A stretch of 64,000 nucleotides of DNA from the NCBI GenBank assembly GCA_963667565.1, contig OY763415.1:960001-1024000 (forward strand). The letters run 5' to 3'. The notes beneath the pieces are model-generated. The model was not told the DNA's origin, searched no databases, and was given only the letters and a program-made list of their open reading frames with translations. Of this stretch, positions 26,749 through 37,138 are shown piece by piece; the first letter of the stretch is position 1; each line of letters begins with the position of its first letter. The stretch comes from Acholeplasmataceae bacterium. GTDB taxonomy: Bacteria; Bacillota_I; Bacilli_A; Acholeplasmatales; Acholeplasmataceae. A program made the translations under genes and the position numbers.

Positions 26749-27882
26749 TTAGGCTGCGGCTTTCTTTTTAATTCTTAAGAAACCGTTATAACCCACTACG
26801 TTACCACCAGTAAATACTGATGCTTTGTAGCTGATGATTCCGTCTTTAAACTTGTAGTCTGTAGACTTACCAATTTCAACTGGTGAGAACACTGGGACTT
26901 CATAGTTTTTAAGTGCACCATAAGCGATACCATATTCACCAGCACTTGTATTACTATCTGAGATTGCTTTACAATGAGAGTTGATGATATAAGGAATGCC
27001 ATCAATGGTTTTATTGACATAATCTACCGTATGAACTTTTCGTCCTTCAGATGTTTTAAGTCCTGCAAATGCACGTAAATCATTCTTATTCAAGATAAGT
27101 ACAGCACCACCTTCGACTTCTTCATCTCCACCATAGGCAAAGACAATATCATCAAGAGTTGAATCTGTAATCGCTTCAATTTCAAGTGCTGCTTTATCAG
27201 CAAGTGCGACAGCTGCATCACTAAAGATTCCAGTAAATGTATTAGTCGTTCCTGCACCACGTAGGATTTGTTCACTGATTTTCTTTTTAAGTGAAATATT
27301 GATGTTACGTAATACTTCAGCTTGATAAGGAATTGCAGGCAATTTTTCAAGTTCTTCTGTGATTTCTGTATAAGCAGTGATTTTTACTTTTGAAATTGTC
27401 AAATAACCAAATGCTGGTTCTGTTTCACTGTAAGGTTGCCCTTCAAGAGTTGTTCCAGCAATACCATTACTTTTAATAAATGATTTCTTGTAAGTCTCTC
27501 CACCATTAAGATTGATGACATTGACGCGATCCACAAGTGTTGAAACTTGAGCAAATGGTACTGGTGCTAATCCTGAAGCGGTATACTCTGGTAGTAAGAT
27601 TTCTTCACTTGATACTTGGATCACACGATTTTCACGTAAATTTGAAGCTCGTTTTTCAAGCTTTTCTTTATCGATTTGTGTGCGGTTATCAATGATGATA
27701 GGTTTGATTTCAGCTTTGCTTGCAATCGCCATTTTCTTATCAATCACACTGCGTTCTTCTTGAAGTTCAGTCGTTTCAGTCTCGAATCCTTCAAGTTTTG
27801 TAATATCTGTTTCATTATCGACAAGACCTCTGATTTCAGTCAGTCTTGACTCGATTTCTTTTCGTCTAAGTTCTAAATTCAT
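26749..27882 (-). CDS. Major capsid protein (HK97 fold)
   Basis: N-terminal coiled-coil delta domain; ILRGAG...TGI and IDGIP motifs. Confidence 0.9.
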   Translation of the reverse strand: MNLELRRKEIESRLTEIRGLVDNETDITKLEGFETETTELQEERSVIDKKMAIASKAEIKPIIIDNRTQIDKEKLEKRASNLRENRVIQVSSEEILLPEYTASGLAPVPFAQVSTLVDRVNVINLNGGETYKKSFIKSNGIAGTTLEGQPYSETEPAFGYLTISKVKITAYTEITEELEKLPAIPYQAEVLRNINISLKKKISEQILRGAGTTNTFTGIFSDAAVALADKAALEIEAITDSTLDDIVFAYGGDEEVEGGAVLILNKNDLRAFAGLKTSEGRKVHTVDYVNKTIDGIPYIINSHCKAISDSNTSAGEYGIAYGALKNYEVPVFSPVEIGKSTDYKFKDGIISYKASVFTGGNVVGYNGFLRIKKKAAA

Positions 27883-27897
27883 GTTTTCTTTCTCCTT

Positions 27898-28488
27898 CTA
27901 GATTTGGGTTTTAATTTTGATACGTTTTTTGATAATACTCGTTTTTTCTTCTTGCTCTGCTAAATCCATAGCCTTTAGTTCTAACTCCATAGATTCTAAA
28001 GAACGAGCGTATATACTAGTTGCATCATATGCTGGTGTATCCACAACCGACACATCATACAAGCGTTCTATCTTCGTAATGGTTCTTTTTGGAATTCTAC
28101 CTTCACGATTCCATACTTGTTCATCTACAGTAAAAGCAAAACTCATCTTATCCAACAAGCCACTTCTAACCATTTTGTAAATGTCCTGGTTTGTATTCGT
28201 ATCTAGTAACTCAGCTCGGACTTTTAATCCTTGTGAATCAACTGATAATTGAAGGGACTGGTTTCTTGTTCTTGCTAAAATTAAAAAGGAGTCCATATGA
28301 TTGTATTTCATAGGAACATCCTTCATTTTAGTTTGTGATAGTGCTCTTGAATCGATTTCTTCAATGAAACCATATTCTTCATCACCAATTAATGTTTCAT
28401 TATTAAAGACTAGTGCATAGCCCTCTAATATCATTTTGTTTTCTTCTTCATGAAGCGTAACATCAGCGAGTCTAGTTTCCTTGATCAT
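27898..28488 (-). CDS. HK97-family prohead protease
   Basis: GYALVF, NH, MSFAF and DVSVVDTPAY motifs. Confidence 0.92.
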   Translation of the reverse strand: MIKETRLADVTLHEEENKMILEGYALVFNNETLIGDEEYGFIEEIDSRALSQTKMKDVPMKYNHMDSFLILARTRNQSLQLSVDSQGLKVRAELLDTNTNQDIYKMVRSGLLDKMSFAFTVDEQVWNREGRIPKRTITKIERLYDVSVVDTPAYDATSIYARSLESMELELKAMDLAEQEEKTSIIKKRIKIKTQI

Positions 28489-28687
28489 TGTTTCTTACCT
28501 CTACTTTCTTTGGTTTAGATGTTATTTGTTTTTGATATTCGTATTCAAGCTCAGAGTCTTTATAGTAAAGAGACTCGAGTTTTTCTTTTTTGCAATAATC
28601 ATCAATGATAATCGTTTTTGCTTTTTGTGTTTCTAAGATGACTTTTAATGCATCTTCTGATATCTTTCCATTAACTGTTATTTTCAT
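28472..28687 (-). CDS. Hypothetical protein
   Basis: 71-aa ORF coupled between the portal and protease genes. Confidence 0.6.
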   Translation of the reverse strand: MKITVNGKISEDALKVILETQKAKTIIIDDYCKKEKLESLYYKDSELEYEYQKQITSKPKKVEVRNNDQGN

Positions 28688-29888
28688 CTATTGGTTCCTC
28701 CGTTCCAACTTGATATTGATTTGCTTTGTCGGCATCCACAAAGTTTAATGATTGAAGTCGTTTATTTCCACCTTCAATAGGTTCTAATCCTAGAAGAGCT
28801 CTCGATTCATTAAGCGACATAATCCCAAGACTCATTAATTTCTCGATTGCATTTACTTTGGTATTCCATGAAGCATATTGTAATCTTTCACTATAAAAGA
28901 TAATCTGTTCTCCACGTTCTAGTTGATTATCTGTTAATAGACCTAAAGAAAAAGCCTCACTAAGTTGAATAGCTAAAGGCTCAATCGTTGACTCATAGAA
29001 TGAGTTATATTCATCCTCTGTATATTTGTTCGTAAAGATTGGAACTGACACTCCAAAGTAATCTAGGATTTTTGCTTGTAAGAATTCCAGTGTATCTTTA
29101 TCAATTAACTTTGGATCAACCGCTAAAGGAATATATTCTGATTTCAAATCAATCGGAATAATCGAACTTCCCTTTAAACTTACCGATTCTGATAGTGCAG
29201 CATCGAATAGTTCTCTTTGTTTCTTCTTGTCGGTTTCTGATAACATCCCATTCATCTTCAATATACCTTTTATTTGCATGGAAGATTTGATTGCATTATC
29301 GATTCCCTGAAGTAAGCTATCATTGATGGATATTGTTTTAAGGATTGCTTCATGGTCACCTGTGGATCCAGTTCCACCAAAGATATCGTTTTGTCCAAAA
29401 TGTCGCCTTAAATGAATCACGTTATCATAAGGAAGAATATACGATTCACCATTATCAAATAAAAACTTAATGAAGTAAGCATCAGAATTATCCACGATGA
29501 TTTCAACTGTGATAGGTCGTAATGGATAGATACCTTTCAGTTCACCTGTATCTTTATCAAACTTTGGATAGACAAATGCATTATCGTTAAGCAATAACAA
29601 GGTTATCGTTTTGTAGATGAAGTCATATGGTGTCATGATTTCATTTGGTTTATACTTCAAAAGAAAAGAAAGCCTACCTTTTTTCTCGGTTACTGTCTTA
29701 TCGTTTTCGGTTTTTATAAATCTTGGTTTGAGTTTCGCACATTGGCTGGCGACTCGATCAATACATATCTTAACGACATCACTATTTGAAATGTTAGATC
29801 CAAATGGTGTATAAAATGTATTAAAATTGCTAATTAACTGGAGTGCATCAAATGATCCAGTTTTACTTTTTCTTTTAATTAAGCCCAT
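28671..29888 (-). CDS. HK97-family portal protein
   Basis: PNEIMTPYDF, VIHLR, FGVS and LNESRALLGLEP motifs. Confidence 0.92.
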   Translation of the reverse strand: MGLIKRKSKTGSFDALQLISNFNTFYTPFGSNISNSDVVKICIDRVASQCAKLKPRFIKTENDKTVTEKKGRLSFLLKYKPNEIMTPYDFIYKTITLLLLNDNAFVYPKFDKDTGELKGIYPLRPITVEIIVDNSDAYFIKFLFDNGESYILPYDNVIHLRRHFGQNDIFGGTGSTGDHEAILKTISINDSLLQGIDNAIKSSMQIKGILKMNGMLSETDKKKQRELFDAALSESVSLKGSSIIPIDLKSEYIPLAVDPKLIDKDTLEFLQAKILDYFGVSVPIFTNKYTEDEYNSFYESTIEPLAIQLSEAFSLGLLTDNQLERGEQIIFYSERLQYASWNTKVNAIEKLMSLGIMSLNESRALLGLEPIEGGNKRLQSLNFVDADKANQYQVGTEEPIDENNS

Positions 29889-29897
29889 TTGAACCTC

Positions 29898-31541
29898 CTA
29901 TAGCATATTCTCATAATCTGTTTTATATCTATTTAAAATAACATAAGCAATGATTAAGGCTACTGTTCCATCAATACGCTTGTATTTTGAGTTCAGCTTT
30001 GACGGTTGGATATTTCCATTTAAGTCTACCTTCGCTTGTGTATTAGAAAGACACCATTTTAAGATTGGGTTGTTATTATAGTTTACTAAGTTATTCTTTA
30101 AGTCCGCTTCTAGGATTTTCATGGGTTCAGATAAAGAGTAAATTCCCTGTCTAACTTTATCCATATTGAATCCTAAGTCTTCCATTTCTTTAATCCAATA
30201 CTGAGAGTTCCAAGGGTCGAACCCAACCCACAAAGGTCTAATACCATATGTTTGAATCATCTTCATGAACCACTGAGTGACTAAACTAAAATCGTTTTGA
30301 TTGCCTTCAGTTAAAGTCACAAAGCCTTTCTTTATCCAAATATCATAAGGTACATTGTCTTCTTTGATTCTTTTTTCTACGACTTCACTTGGCATAAAGA
30401 AATGAGGTATTACAAACTTCTTGTTGCTATCTCGTTTTTGGATAACCAAGACTGCAGCTGTTAAGTCGGTTGTTGATGACAAGTCCACACCACCGACAGC
30501 ATATGAATCTCGTAAGTCATCAATTGAGTAATTATCTTCATTGTTTAGATCATCAAATGATAACCATGAACCTGAATCTGCTTGTTTGATATTAAAGTCT
30601 TTACATAACATCGTCACCCTTGTGGATAAGTCATGCTTCGATTTGTTCATGATATCTTCTAGATAGTTATTTAGTTTTACGACTCCAATACTAGGATTCG
30701 ACTTTTGCCATGTGATTGGATCCTCGTATATCTCCTTAGTAGAATCTTGTGTGTAGAGCCAGGGAAGTACTCTGTTATCATCGATTTCACCCTTGAGCAT
30801 CTTTCTGGCATAATCTAATTTACTATCTAAAAAACCACCGATTGTAGTTCCTTCAGTGGTAATGATAAATATAAGTGGTTCTTTCTTGGTTGATTGCGAT
30901 TGTTTGATTGCATCATAGACTTTGGAATCTGTCATTTCATGGACCTCATCTATACAACCAACTTCGATATTGTATCCATCTTTGTTTCTCGATTGAGCAG
31001 ATAACTTCTTGATCTTGTTTTTAGTCTTTGGAGAATAGATGTGATAGATGTTTTTCTTACTTCTTGTTTCCTTTGATAAGGCTGGAGATTGTTCTCGCAT
31101 GTTGTTAATCTCTTCAAATAGGATGTTGGCTTGTTCTGTAGTATTCGAAGCACAGACAATATCAACGCCACCACTTGAAAGAAAGAATTCAGCTAAATCT
31201 ATACCAGCAACAAATGTTGTCTTTCCATTCTTACGTGCAATAAGTAAGATAACCTCATTGAATCTACGCAATCCTGAATCAGCCATCTTAAAACCATAAG
31301 CTGTTTGAATGAGTGCTTTTTCCCATAACTCTAATATGAACGGCATTCCATTGAATGGTGATTTCGTATGTTTACAAAACGTTTCAATGAAATCAATTCT
31401 CAAATTACCTGGTTTCTCATCAAAGATGTATGCTGGGTTATCGAGATCTACAATTAATTGATCTAACTCTGCCTTGAGTTCTTGTCCTACGATGATGTTG
31501 CCATTTTCAATTTCATTGTAATACTCGACTAAATAGTTCAT
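29898..31541 (-). CDS. terL: Terminase large subunit
   Basis: ARKNGKT Walker A, IDEVH Walker B, GVDLSSTTDL and RIDG nuclease motifs. Confidence 0.95.
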   Translation of the reverse strand: MNYLVEYYNEIENGNIIVGQELKAELDQLIVDLDNPAYIFDEKPGNLRIDFIETFCKHTKSPFNGMPFILELWEKALIQTAYGFKMADSGLRRFNEVILLIARKNGKTTFVAGIDLAEFFLSSGGVDIVCASNTTEQANILFEEINNMREQSPALSKETRSKKNIYHIYSPKTKNKIKKLSAQSRNKDGYNIEVGCIDEVHEMTDSKVYDAIKQSQSTKKEPLIFIITTEGTTIGGFLDSKLDYARKMLKGEIDDNRVLPWLYTQDSTKEIYEDPITWQKSNPSIGVVKLNNYLEDIMNKSKHDLSTRVTMLCKDFNIKQADSGSWLSFDDLNNEDNYSIDDLRDSYAVGGVDLSSTTDLTAAVLVIQKRDSNKKFVIPHFFMPSEVVEKRIKEDNVPYDIWIKKGFVTLTEGNQNDFSLVTQWFMKMIQTYGIRPLWVGFDPWNSQYWIKEMEDLGFNMDKVRQGIYSLSEPMKILEADLKNNLVNYNNNPILKWCLSNTQAKVDLNGNIQPSKLNSKYKRIDGTVALIIAYVILNRYKTDYENML

Positions 31542-31882
31542 TCATTTGCTCGCTTAAGAAATTCATCAAATGCATCATCTCCATCATCTACTTGTGTTCC
31601 AAGTATGGTATTTAAAGTTTTAATCACTGTGCCATAAGAATTCACAAGTTTTGTGTAGTACTTGGCTGCTTCAGTTTGACGTTGTGTGCCTTTTGATGAG
31701 ACTTGGACTGCACCGTGCTTTTTAATCTGTTCTTGTAACTTATCAAGTTCCACTTTCATAAATGAAGCTTGATAAATTAAATTATCTACTAATTCTGTCT
31801 TCGATTCATCAACCAAAGAAAAAAGCGACTTTAATCGCTCGTATTCATAATTAACATCTTTAATTTTCGACACAATCAACAC
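31538..31882 (-). CDS. terS: Terminase small subunit (P27-like)
   Basis: Directly upstream of terL; typical helical size and pattern. Confidence 0.75.
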   Translation of the reverse strand: MLIVSKIKDVNYEYERLKSLFSLVDESKTELVDNLIYQASFMKVELDKLQEQIKKHGAVQVSSKGTQRQTEAAKYYTKLVNSYGTVIKTLNTILGTQVDDGDDAFDEFLKRANE

Positions 31883-32064
31883 CTCTCTTCTGAATTATCA
31901 TTAATCAACTCAATAGTATCTTGCTCAGGTATAACTGCCAACCCTCCCCAAGTACCATGAAGTTGATTAAGTCCATCGATAAATTCAATGACACCTTCTC
32001 TACCGTTGTAGCTCTCTTCACCTTTCATTTCAATAATTCTAATTTTATCTCCAATTTTAAACAT
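31876..32064 (-). CDS. DUF4314-like small protein
   Basis: GDKIRIIEM...GVIEFID...QLHGTW...LAVIPEQD. Confidence 0.65.
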   Translation of the reverse strand: MFKIGDKIRIIEMKGEESYNGREGVIEFIDGLNQLHGTWGGLAVIPEQDTIELINDNSEERC

Positions 32065-32163
32065 TTCTATTACCTCCTATGGTTAGTAATATATATCACT
32101 CTAAAGTCGATAAATTGCAAGAAAAAAAGCGATCGAAATCGCTCAAATTCTATATTCTGAAAA

Positions 32164-32607
32164 TCAATAAGTGATTGGATGTGTTATCCAAAACACCTCT
32201 TCTTTTTCCTCAAGGGTGAGTTCGTTTAAATTAGATTTATTAACTCTTTCGTATAACTCTTTAATTTCACGATCAACTTGTTGAACCCATTCAACCCGAG
32301 TATTTTTCTTTACTTTTTCATCCTGGATGGCTTTTTGAATAAAATCAAGCTGACCTTTTAGTGCCTCTTCAAATTCTGAAATATGGAAAAACATAGGATG
32401 ACAATCAACCCAAGTTTCTTTAATAATTAAATCTTCATACTCATCAAATAAATTCTCAATTTCATCATCTAATAAATTAAATATACTTTCTTCTATTTTT
32501 TGTAAATCACTGTTGGATTTGTATTTTCTCTTTTGTTTTAGTATATATATGATTTGACTGCGTTTATGAAATAACTCAAGCTCTTCATCCGTCATTGGTA
32601 TAAGCAT
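32164..32607 (-). CDS. Hypothetical protein (moron)
   Basis: 147-aa ORF followed by a terminator at about 32122-32143. Confidence 0.65.
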   Translation of the reverse strand: MLIPMTDEELELFHKRSQIIYILKQKRKYKSNSDLQKIEESIFNLLDDEIENLFDEYEDLIIKETWVDCHPMFFHISEFEEALKGQLDFIQKAIQDEKVKKNTRVEWVQQVDREIKELYERVNKSNLNELTLEEKEEVFWITHPITY

Positions 32608-32672
32608 TTGTTAAATCCACCTTTCAAAAGAATTTCTAGATTTTCAAAAAATCTGCCTCGTGTTTTTTAATT

Positions 32673-32724
32673 GCCCCCTTACGCGGTACCCTTCGCAAAT
32701 AAATAATTGGCATTGGGGCGGGGG
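32673..32724. other. Putative cos packaging region
   Basis: GC-rich patch (GCCCCCTTACGCGGTACCC...GGGGCGGGGG) between the HNH and terS genes. Confidence 0.45.
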
Positions 32725-32982
32725 TTATAACCCTTTTTCCATAATTAAACTAATCATTTCTCCACAAGCAATTCTCATTTCCTCATAACTTTTATTAAAA
32801 TCGCTTGTATGATATATAGGTTTATTGAACATGAACTCTCCTGGATACTCATTCATCACCTTAACTCTCAATTCGACAAATTCTTCAGTATCTACATCAA
32901 AATCTAAATAACTATAGTCCTTTGTTTTTATCTTGTTAGAAAAATCTCCGACAGCTTGTAATAATTCAGCATTCAACTTCAT
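32725..32982 (-). CDS. Hypothetical protein
   Basis: 85-aa ORF with RBS-like sequence. Confidence 0.6.
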   Translation of the reverse strand: MKLNAELLQAVGDFSNKIKTKDYSYLDFDVDTEEFVELRVKVMNEYPGEFMFNKPIYHTSDFNKSYEEMRIACGEMISLIMEKGL

Positions 32983-33027
32983 AAACTTTCACACCCTTTC
33001 GATTAAAATTATAACACGAATGGATGT

Positions 33028-33312
33028 TTAACTCATTATTAAATTACCATCTTCATCAAATTGCTGTGACTTTGAGAAACGCTTATGTTCTGAGTTGTGA
33101 CATTTCTTACATAGTAGTTCTAAGTTCTCCTGATTCAAACTGATTACTGGATCCTTAACGTTGTGCACTGTTAGCTTAATGATGTGATGAACTTCTTCTC
33201 CTAAAGCACCACAACGTTCACACTTTCCATTAGCATCTCGTATCTTGATTTCTCTTGCTACTTGCCATGCTACTGATTTGTAGAATCGATGTAACTCTTT
33301 AGGCTTTCTCAT
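33028..33312 (-). CDS. Packaging HNH endonuclease
   Basis: CERC...VHH...NLELLCKKCHN. Confidence 0.9.
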   Translation of the reverse strand: MRKPKELHRFYKSVAWQVAREIKIRDANGKCERCGALGEEVHHIIKLTVHNVKDPVISLNQENLELLCKKCHNSEHKRFSKSQQFDEDGNLIMS

Positions 33313-34429
33313 ATAACTTTCTCAATTCGGTTATCTTATCATCCACATGTTCCCAGCGGACATCTAAATCTTCACGACCAAAGTGTCCATACTTTGCTAA
33401 CTCCTGGAACTTAACTTTATCAAGGTTGAGTTCTTTTCTTATGCTTTCTGGTCTAAAATCAAATACATAATTTACCAGCGCTTGTATCTCTTCATCAGAT
33501 GTAGCACCAGTATCAAAAGTATTTACTAAAACACTCACCGGTTCTGCTACTCCAATAACGTAACTCAGGTGAACCTCGCAGTGTGTGGCCAAACCTGCGC
33601 CTACAACGGCTTTTGCTACGTATCTGGCATAATAAGCCGCACTACGATCAACCTTGCTTACGTCCTTGCCAGAAAAGGCTCCTCCGCCATGTCTAGCATA
33701 ACCACCATAAGTATCAACAATAATCTTTCTACCAGTTAATCCAGAATCAGCATAAGGACCACCAATCACAAACTCTCCAGTAGGATTGATTAACACTTCT
33801 GCATCAACTATTGTATCAAAGTCAAAGACTTTAGTTAAGACTTCGTTAATGATGAGATCCTCATATAACTCTTTCTTAATCCATGGTTTGGTTTGAGCAG
33901 ACACAACGATTGTTAGTACTTTCTTTGGTCTACCATTCTTGTATGCTACAGACACCTGACACTTCCCATCTGGTCCAAAGATATGTGCATATTTCTCTTT
34001 ACGAATCTTATCCATCTCTTTTGATATTTGATTCGCTAACATGATCGGTAATGGCATAAACTCTTGTGTTTCATTACAAGCATAACCAAACATAATGCCC
34101 TGATCACCTGCTCCTTGTTCATGTGATTCGGTTGAATTTACACCTAGAGCGATATCAGCTGATTGCTTGGATATCTTTTCCATAACAACAAACTCATCTT
34201 CATAACCTATCTCTTTGAGTTTTCGTTTTGCAATATCTGCATAATCTACTTTCGCAGTAGTTGTGACCTCTCCAAAGACAAATACTAAATCATCTTTGAT
34301 TGCTGTTTCAACTGCTACTCGAGCATTTATATCTTGTTCTAAAATAGCATCTAGTATAGCATCACTGATTTGATCACAGACCTTATCCGGATGTCCACTA
34401 AATACGGATTCACTTGTTATTACTTGCAT
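33299..34429 (-). CDS. metK: S-adenosylmethionine synthetase (phage-borne)
   Basis: SESV..GHPDK, GAGDQG, GLTGRKIIVDTYGG and GGGAFSGKD signatures. Confidence 0.97.
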   Translation of the reverse strand: MQVITSESVFSGHPDKVCDQISDAILDAILEQDINARVAVETAIKDDLVFVFGEVTTTAKVDYADIAKRKLKEIGYEDEFVVMEKISKQSADIALGVNSTESHEQGAGDQGIMFGYACNETQEFMPLPIMLANQISKEMDKIRKEKYAHIFGPDGKCQVSVAYKNGRPKKVLTIVVSAQTKPWIKKELYEDLIINEVLTKVFDFDTIVDAEVLINPTGEFVIGGPYADSGLTGRKIIVDTYGGYARHGGGAFSGKDVSKVDRSAAYYARYVAKAVVGAGLATHCEVHLSYVIGVAEPVSVLVNTFDTGATSDEEIQALVNYVFDFRPESIRKELNLDKVKFQELAKYGHFGREDLDVRWEHVDDKITELRKLYEKA

Positions 34430-34485
34430 TAAACTTCATCTCCATTTTTGTAATTAAAAAGGAGCTATCCGCTCCTTAGTTTTTT

Positions 34486-35796
34486 TTAATCTGTAATAAT
34501 TACTTCGTCTGCTTTTCGAATATAGTCAAAATTCAAATATTCATAACTATGGTTTCCCCAACCTGTAGCTACTTTAACCATATTATTTACTTCTTTTACC
34601 TCTTCAACTGTAACTGTAATAGTAGACCAAAAATTGTACCATGGTCTATTAGGGTCTGGAATATTTTTTGTTACATTTTCATAGTAAGTGAATGTTTTGT
34701 AACCATATCCAACCATAGCATGTCCACTTTCATGTTCTTCATACTCCCATTCATCTTTATAACTTAAATTGTCACTTGGTAACTCATTTAATTTATAGTC
34801 ACTTGCAGAAATATATACTGGATAATTGTTTAAAATAGCTGATTTTAAGTCGGAGAATTCAGAAAGTCTATTAAATTCGATACTATACCCTTTATCTTCA
34901 ACATATTTTCTAATTCCAGATAATGCTTCACTAAATATCCATGTATTTACGGTTCCACTCCCCCAACTATTTGTTCCCATTAAATCATATAGTTCAGATA
35001 CTAAATCTCTAGATTCAACTGTATTTAATTGTGTGCTGTCAATCACATTTTCTGTTACAGTATAGCTATAATATCCGATATAGGGATGATATCCACTTAC
35101 TGTTTTAGTAGTGGTGGTGTAGGCTGAATAACTTGGTATTAAATCTTCAAAATAGAAATCGTAATACATAATAATCGCTGCGCCAGCTGTTGGAGAGCAA
35201 TGATTTGTTAAATTATAGCTACCACCGCTTGTGTAAGAGGTACTAATTAATGGAAACGGTTCATCTAATGTATGTAATGAAGATATAGACACTCTAGAAA
35301 ATGAGATATCATCTCTTCCTGTTTCCCATTCAGTCAATTCTTGATTTTCTAATTCAATAATTAATTGTTGAAATTCATAGTAGCTTAAATTGATATCATA
35401 ATACCTATTTATATACTCTCCATATTCGTTTTCTTCAAAATATAGATGAATACCCAAATAATAATTGATTGTATCAGCATTCTGATAAGGTGAATTTTCA
35501 TTGGAAATAATTTCAATTAGTGATATTGTTTCATTAATTTCTTCTTTGATAATCATATAACCATACATCTCATTGTTGCTGTAAGTATAGATATATCCAT
35601 ATAAATTATTATGGTAGTCATATAATAATTCAGATTCATATGATAAGCTATCAATCATCATTGATTCTTCGCTTGCATAATCACTAAGTGAATTATAAAA
35701 AAACAAATCTACTTTACTCTCAGATGCAAAAACATTTGTTGTACCAAAAATAATAAAACTAATACAAAGCATTGATGTTATTATAATTTTTTTCAT
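34486..35796 (-). CDS. Secreted papain-like cysteine peptidase (C39/C10-like)
   Basis: Signal peptide; HCSPTA, GHAMVGYGY and ATGWG motifs. Confidence 0.7.
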   Translation of the reverse strand: MKKIIITSMLCISFIIFGTTNVFASESKVDLFFYNSLSDYASEESMMIDSLSYESELLYDYHNNLYGYIYTYSNNEMYGYMIIKEEINETISLIEIISNENSPYQNADTINYYLGIHLYFEENEYGEYINRYYDINLSYYEFQQLIIELENQELTEWETGRDDISFSRVSISSLHTLDEPFPLISTSYTSGGSYNLTNHCSPTAGAAIIMYYDFYFEDLIPSYSAYTTTTKTVSGYHPYIGYYSYTVTENVIDSTQLNTVESRDLVSELYDLMGTNSWGSGTVNTWIFSEALSGIRKYVEDKGYSIEFNRLSEFSDLKSAILNNYPVYISASDYKLNELPSDNLSYKDEWEYEEHESGHAMVGYGYKTFTYYENVTKNIPDPNRPWYNFWSTITVTVEEVKEVNNMVKVATGWGNHSYEYLNFDYIRKADEVIITD

Positions 35797-35805
35797 TTTT
35801 TCCTC

Positions 35806-36348
35806 CTATATCTCTCTTCCTATAAACACTAAAATCCAAACAAGTATAATAAAAGCTGTAAAGAATAAATAAGCAACATTTAATATAATAAACTTAGTTG
35901 AAACAAATTTATTTACTATTTTGGACAGATAGTATTCAATCACAAAATTCACTATAAACGATCCAATTCCAACAAAAACAATAATACCAATTATAATAGG
36001 AAATACAATATTTTCATTAGATGTATTTATCATTAAAGCAATTGTTTGATTAATAAGTAAAAGAATTATTGTAATATATGATATTTTTTGTAAAAATCTA
36101 TACCCTTTTACATAAGTTTTGCTAGTTGAATATTTGTCTATTCTGTTACCATTTAAAATTTCATTTATCGAAATATCATAAATCAAACTTAAGTCTTCTA
36201 GAATTTCAATATCCGGTATTCCATTTCCGGTTTCCCACTTACTAATTGCTTGTGTTGTAATGTTAAGTTTATCTGCTAACATTCTTTGACTTAAATTTGA
36301 GTCTTCTCTTAAAGTTTTCAAGAATATCCCAACTTTTTCTTTCTCCAT
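35806..36348 (-). CDS. XRE HTH regulator with three C-terminal TM helices
   Basis: LSQRMLADKLNITTQAISKWETG; hydrophobic C-terminus. Confidence 0.85.
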   Translation of the reverse strand: MEKEKVGIFLKTLREDSNLSQRMLADKLNITTQAISKWETGNGIPDIEILEDLSLIYDISINEILNGNRIDKYSTSKTYVKGYRFLQKISYITIILLLINQTIALMINTSNENIVFPIIIGIIVFVGIGSFIVNFVIEYYLSKIVNKFVSTKFIILNVAYLFFTAFIILVWILVFIGREI

Positions 36349-36380
36349 ACATTCCTCCTAAATAATTTATTGATAGCTAT

Positions 36381-36435
36381 CTACCACTATTGTATATATG
36401 GAATTAAAATATGTCAATTTACTTGTAGTTGGTAG
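36381..36435 (-). promoter_or_regulatory. Sigma70 promoter TTGACA-17-TACAAT bracketed by inverted CTACCA(A)CTA boxes
   Basis: -35 at 36412-36417, -10 at 36389-36394, boxes at 36381-36389 and 36426-36435. Confidence 0.65.
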
Positions 36436-36437
36436 TA

Positions 36438-36767
36438 TCAACGGAACGTTGATTTCTCCTTTTTTACACCTTTATGTAAGTAAGCTGTGTATCTTGCGTA
36501 ATGATATCCTTCGCTTTCAACTAGGATTCCGAAATCATGTTCATTGCTTGTTACAAAAATACAATGGAATACATCATCTTTATCGCAATACATCACATCA
36601 ATGTTTTCTTTTATAAACTCATAATCATCAAGTGGATCATGTATGAATGTTTCAAACAAATTCTCATCAATAACAATCTCTTTTTCAATGATGAATTCAT
36701 CTTGTGGAAGAAGTTCATCAGGTGTTGCTTTTCTAATAAAGTTTACTTTCATTTTGCTATCTCCCAT
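36438..36767 (-). CDS. Hypothetical phage/MGE protein (DUF6329-like)
   Basis: GILVESEGYHYARY motif; start uncertain. Confidence 0.6.
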   Translation of the reverse strand: MGDSKMKVNFIRKATPDELLPQDEFIIEKEIVIDENLFETFIHDPLDDYEFIKENIDVMYCDKDDVFHCIFVTSNEHDFGILVESEGYHYARYTAYLHKGVKKEKSTFR

Positions 36768-37138
36768 GCTGTATAAACTGAACGGTATGAACAATCCCAA
36801 GTATCAAGGATTACACCATCTATACAAGCTGTAATGTGACCTGCCATTTTTAAGACGTATGTTCCTTTTGGATGCAACTTTGTAAAGTCACTACCTTTGA
36901 TTCTTGGTTCTCCTTTGATTGCTTTGAAAATCAGTCTAGGATAACCTTTCAAATAATCGTATAAGAACTTCGTAACTTTGTAACTTGAATAACCAAGTTC
37001 TCTTTTTGCTTGATTCAGTTCTCTTCTGCATTCCAAGTAATTTTTATCGGTTGCTGTTGCGATTGCTCTAACAACACAATCACCAGTTTTGATGCCTTTT
37101 GGATGAGCGTTATATTCCTTAAACATTATAAGTCCCAC
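36749..37138 (-). CDS. Hypothetical phage protein
   Basis: DCVVRAI...GHI...DTWD pattern. Confidence 0.65.
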   Translation of the reverse strand: MGLIMFKEYNAHPKGIKTGDCVVRAIATATDKNYLECRRELNQAKRELGYSSYKVTKFLYDYLKGYPRLIFKAIKGEPRIKGSDFTKLHPKGTYVLKMAGHITACIDGVILDTWDCSYRSVYTAWEIAK

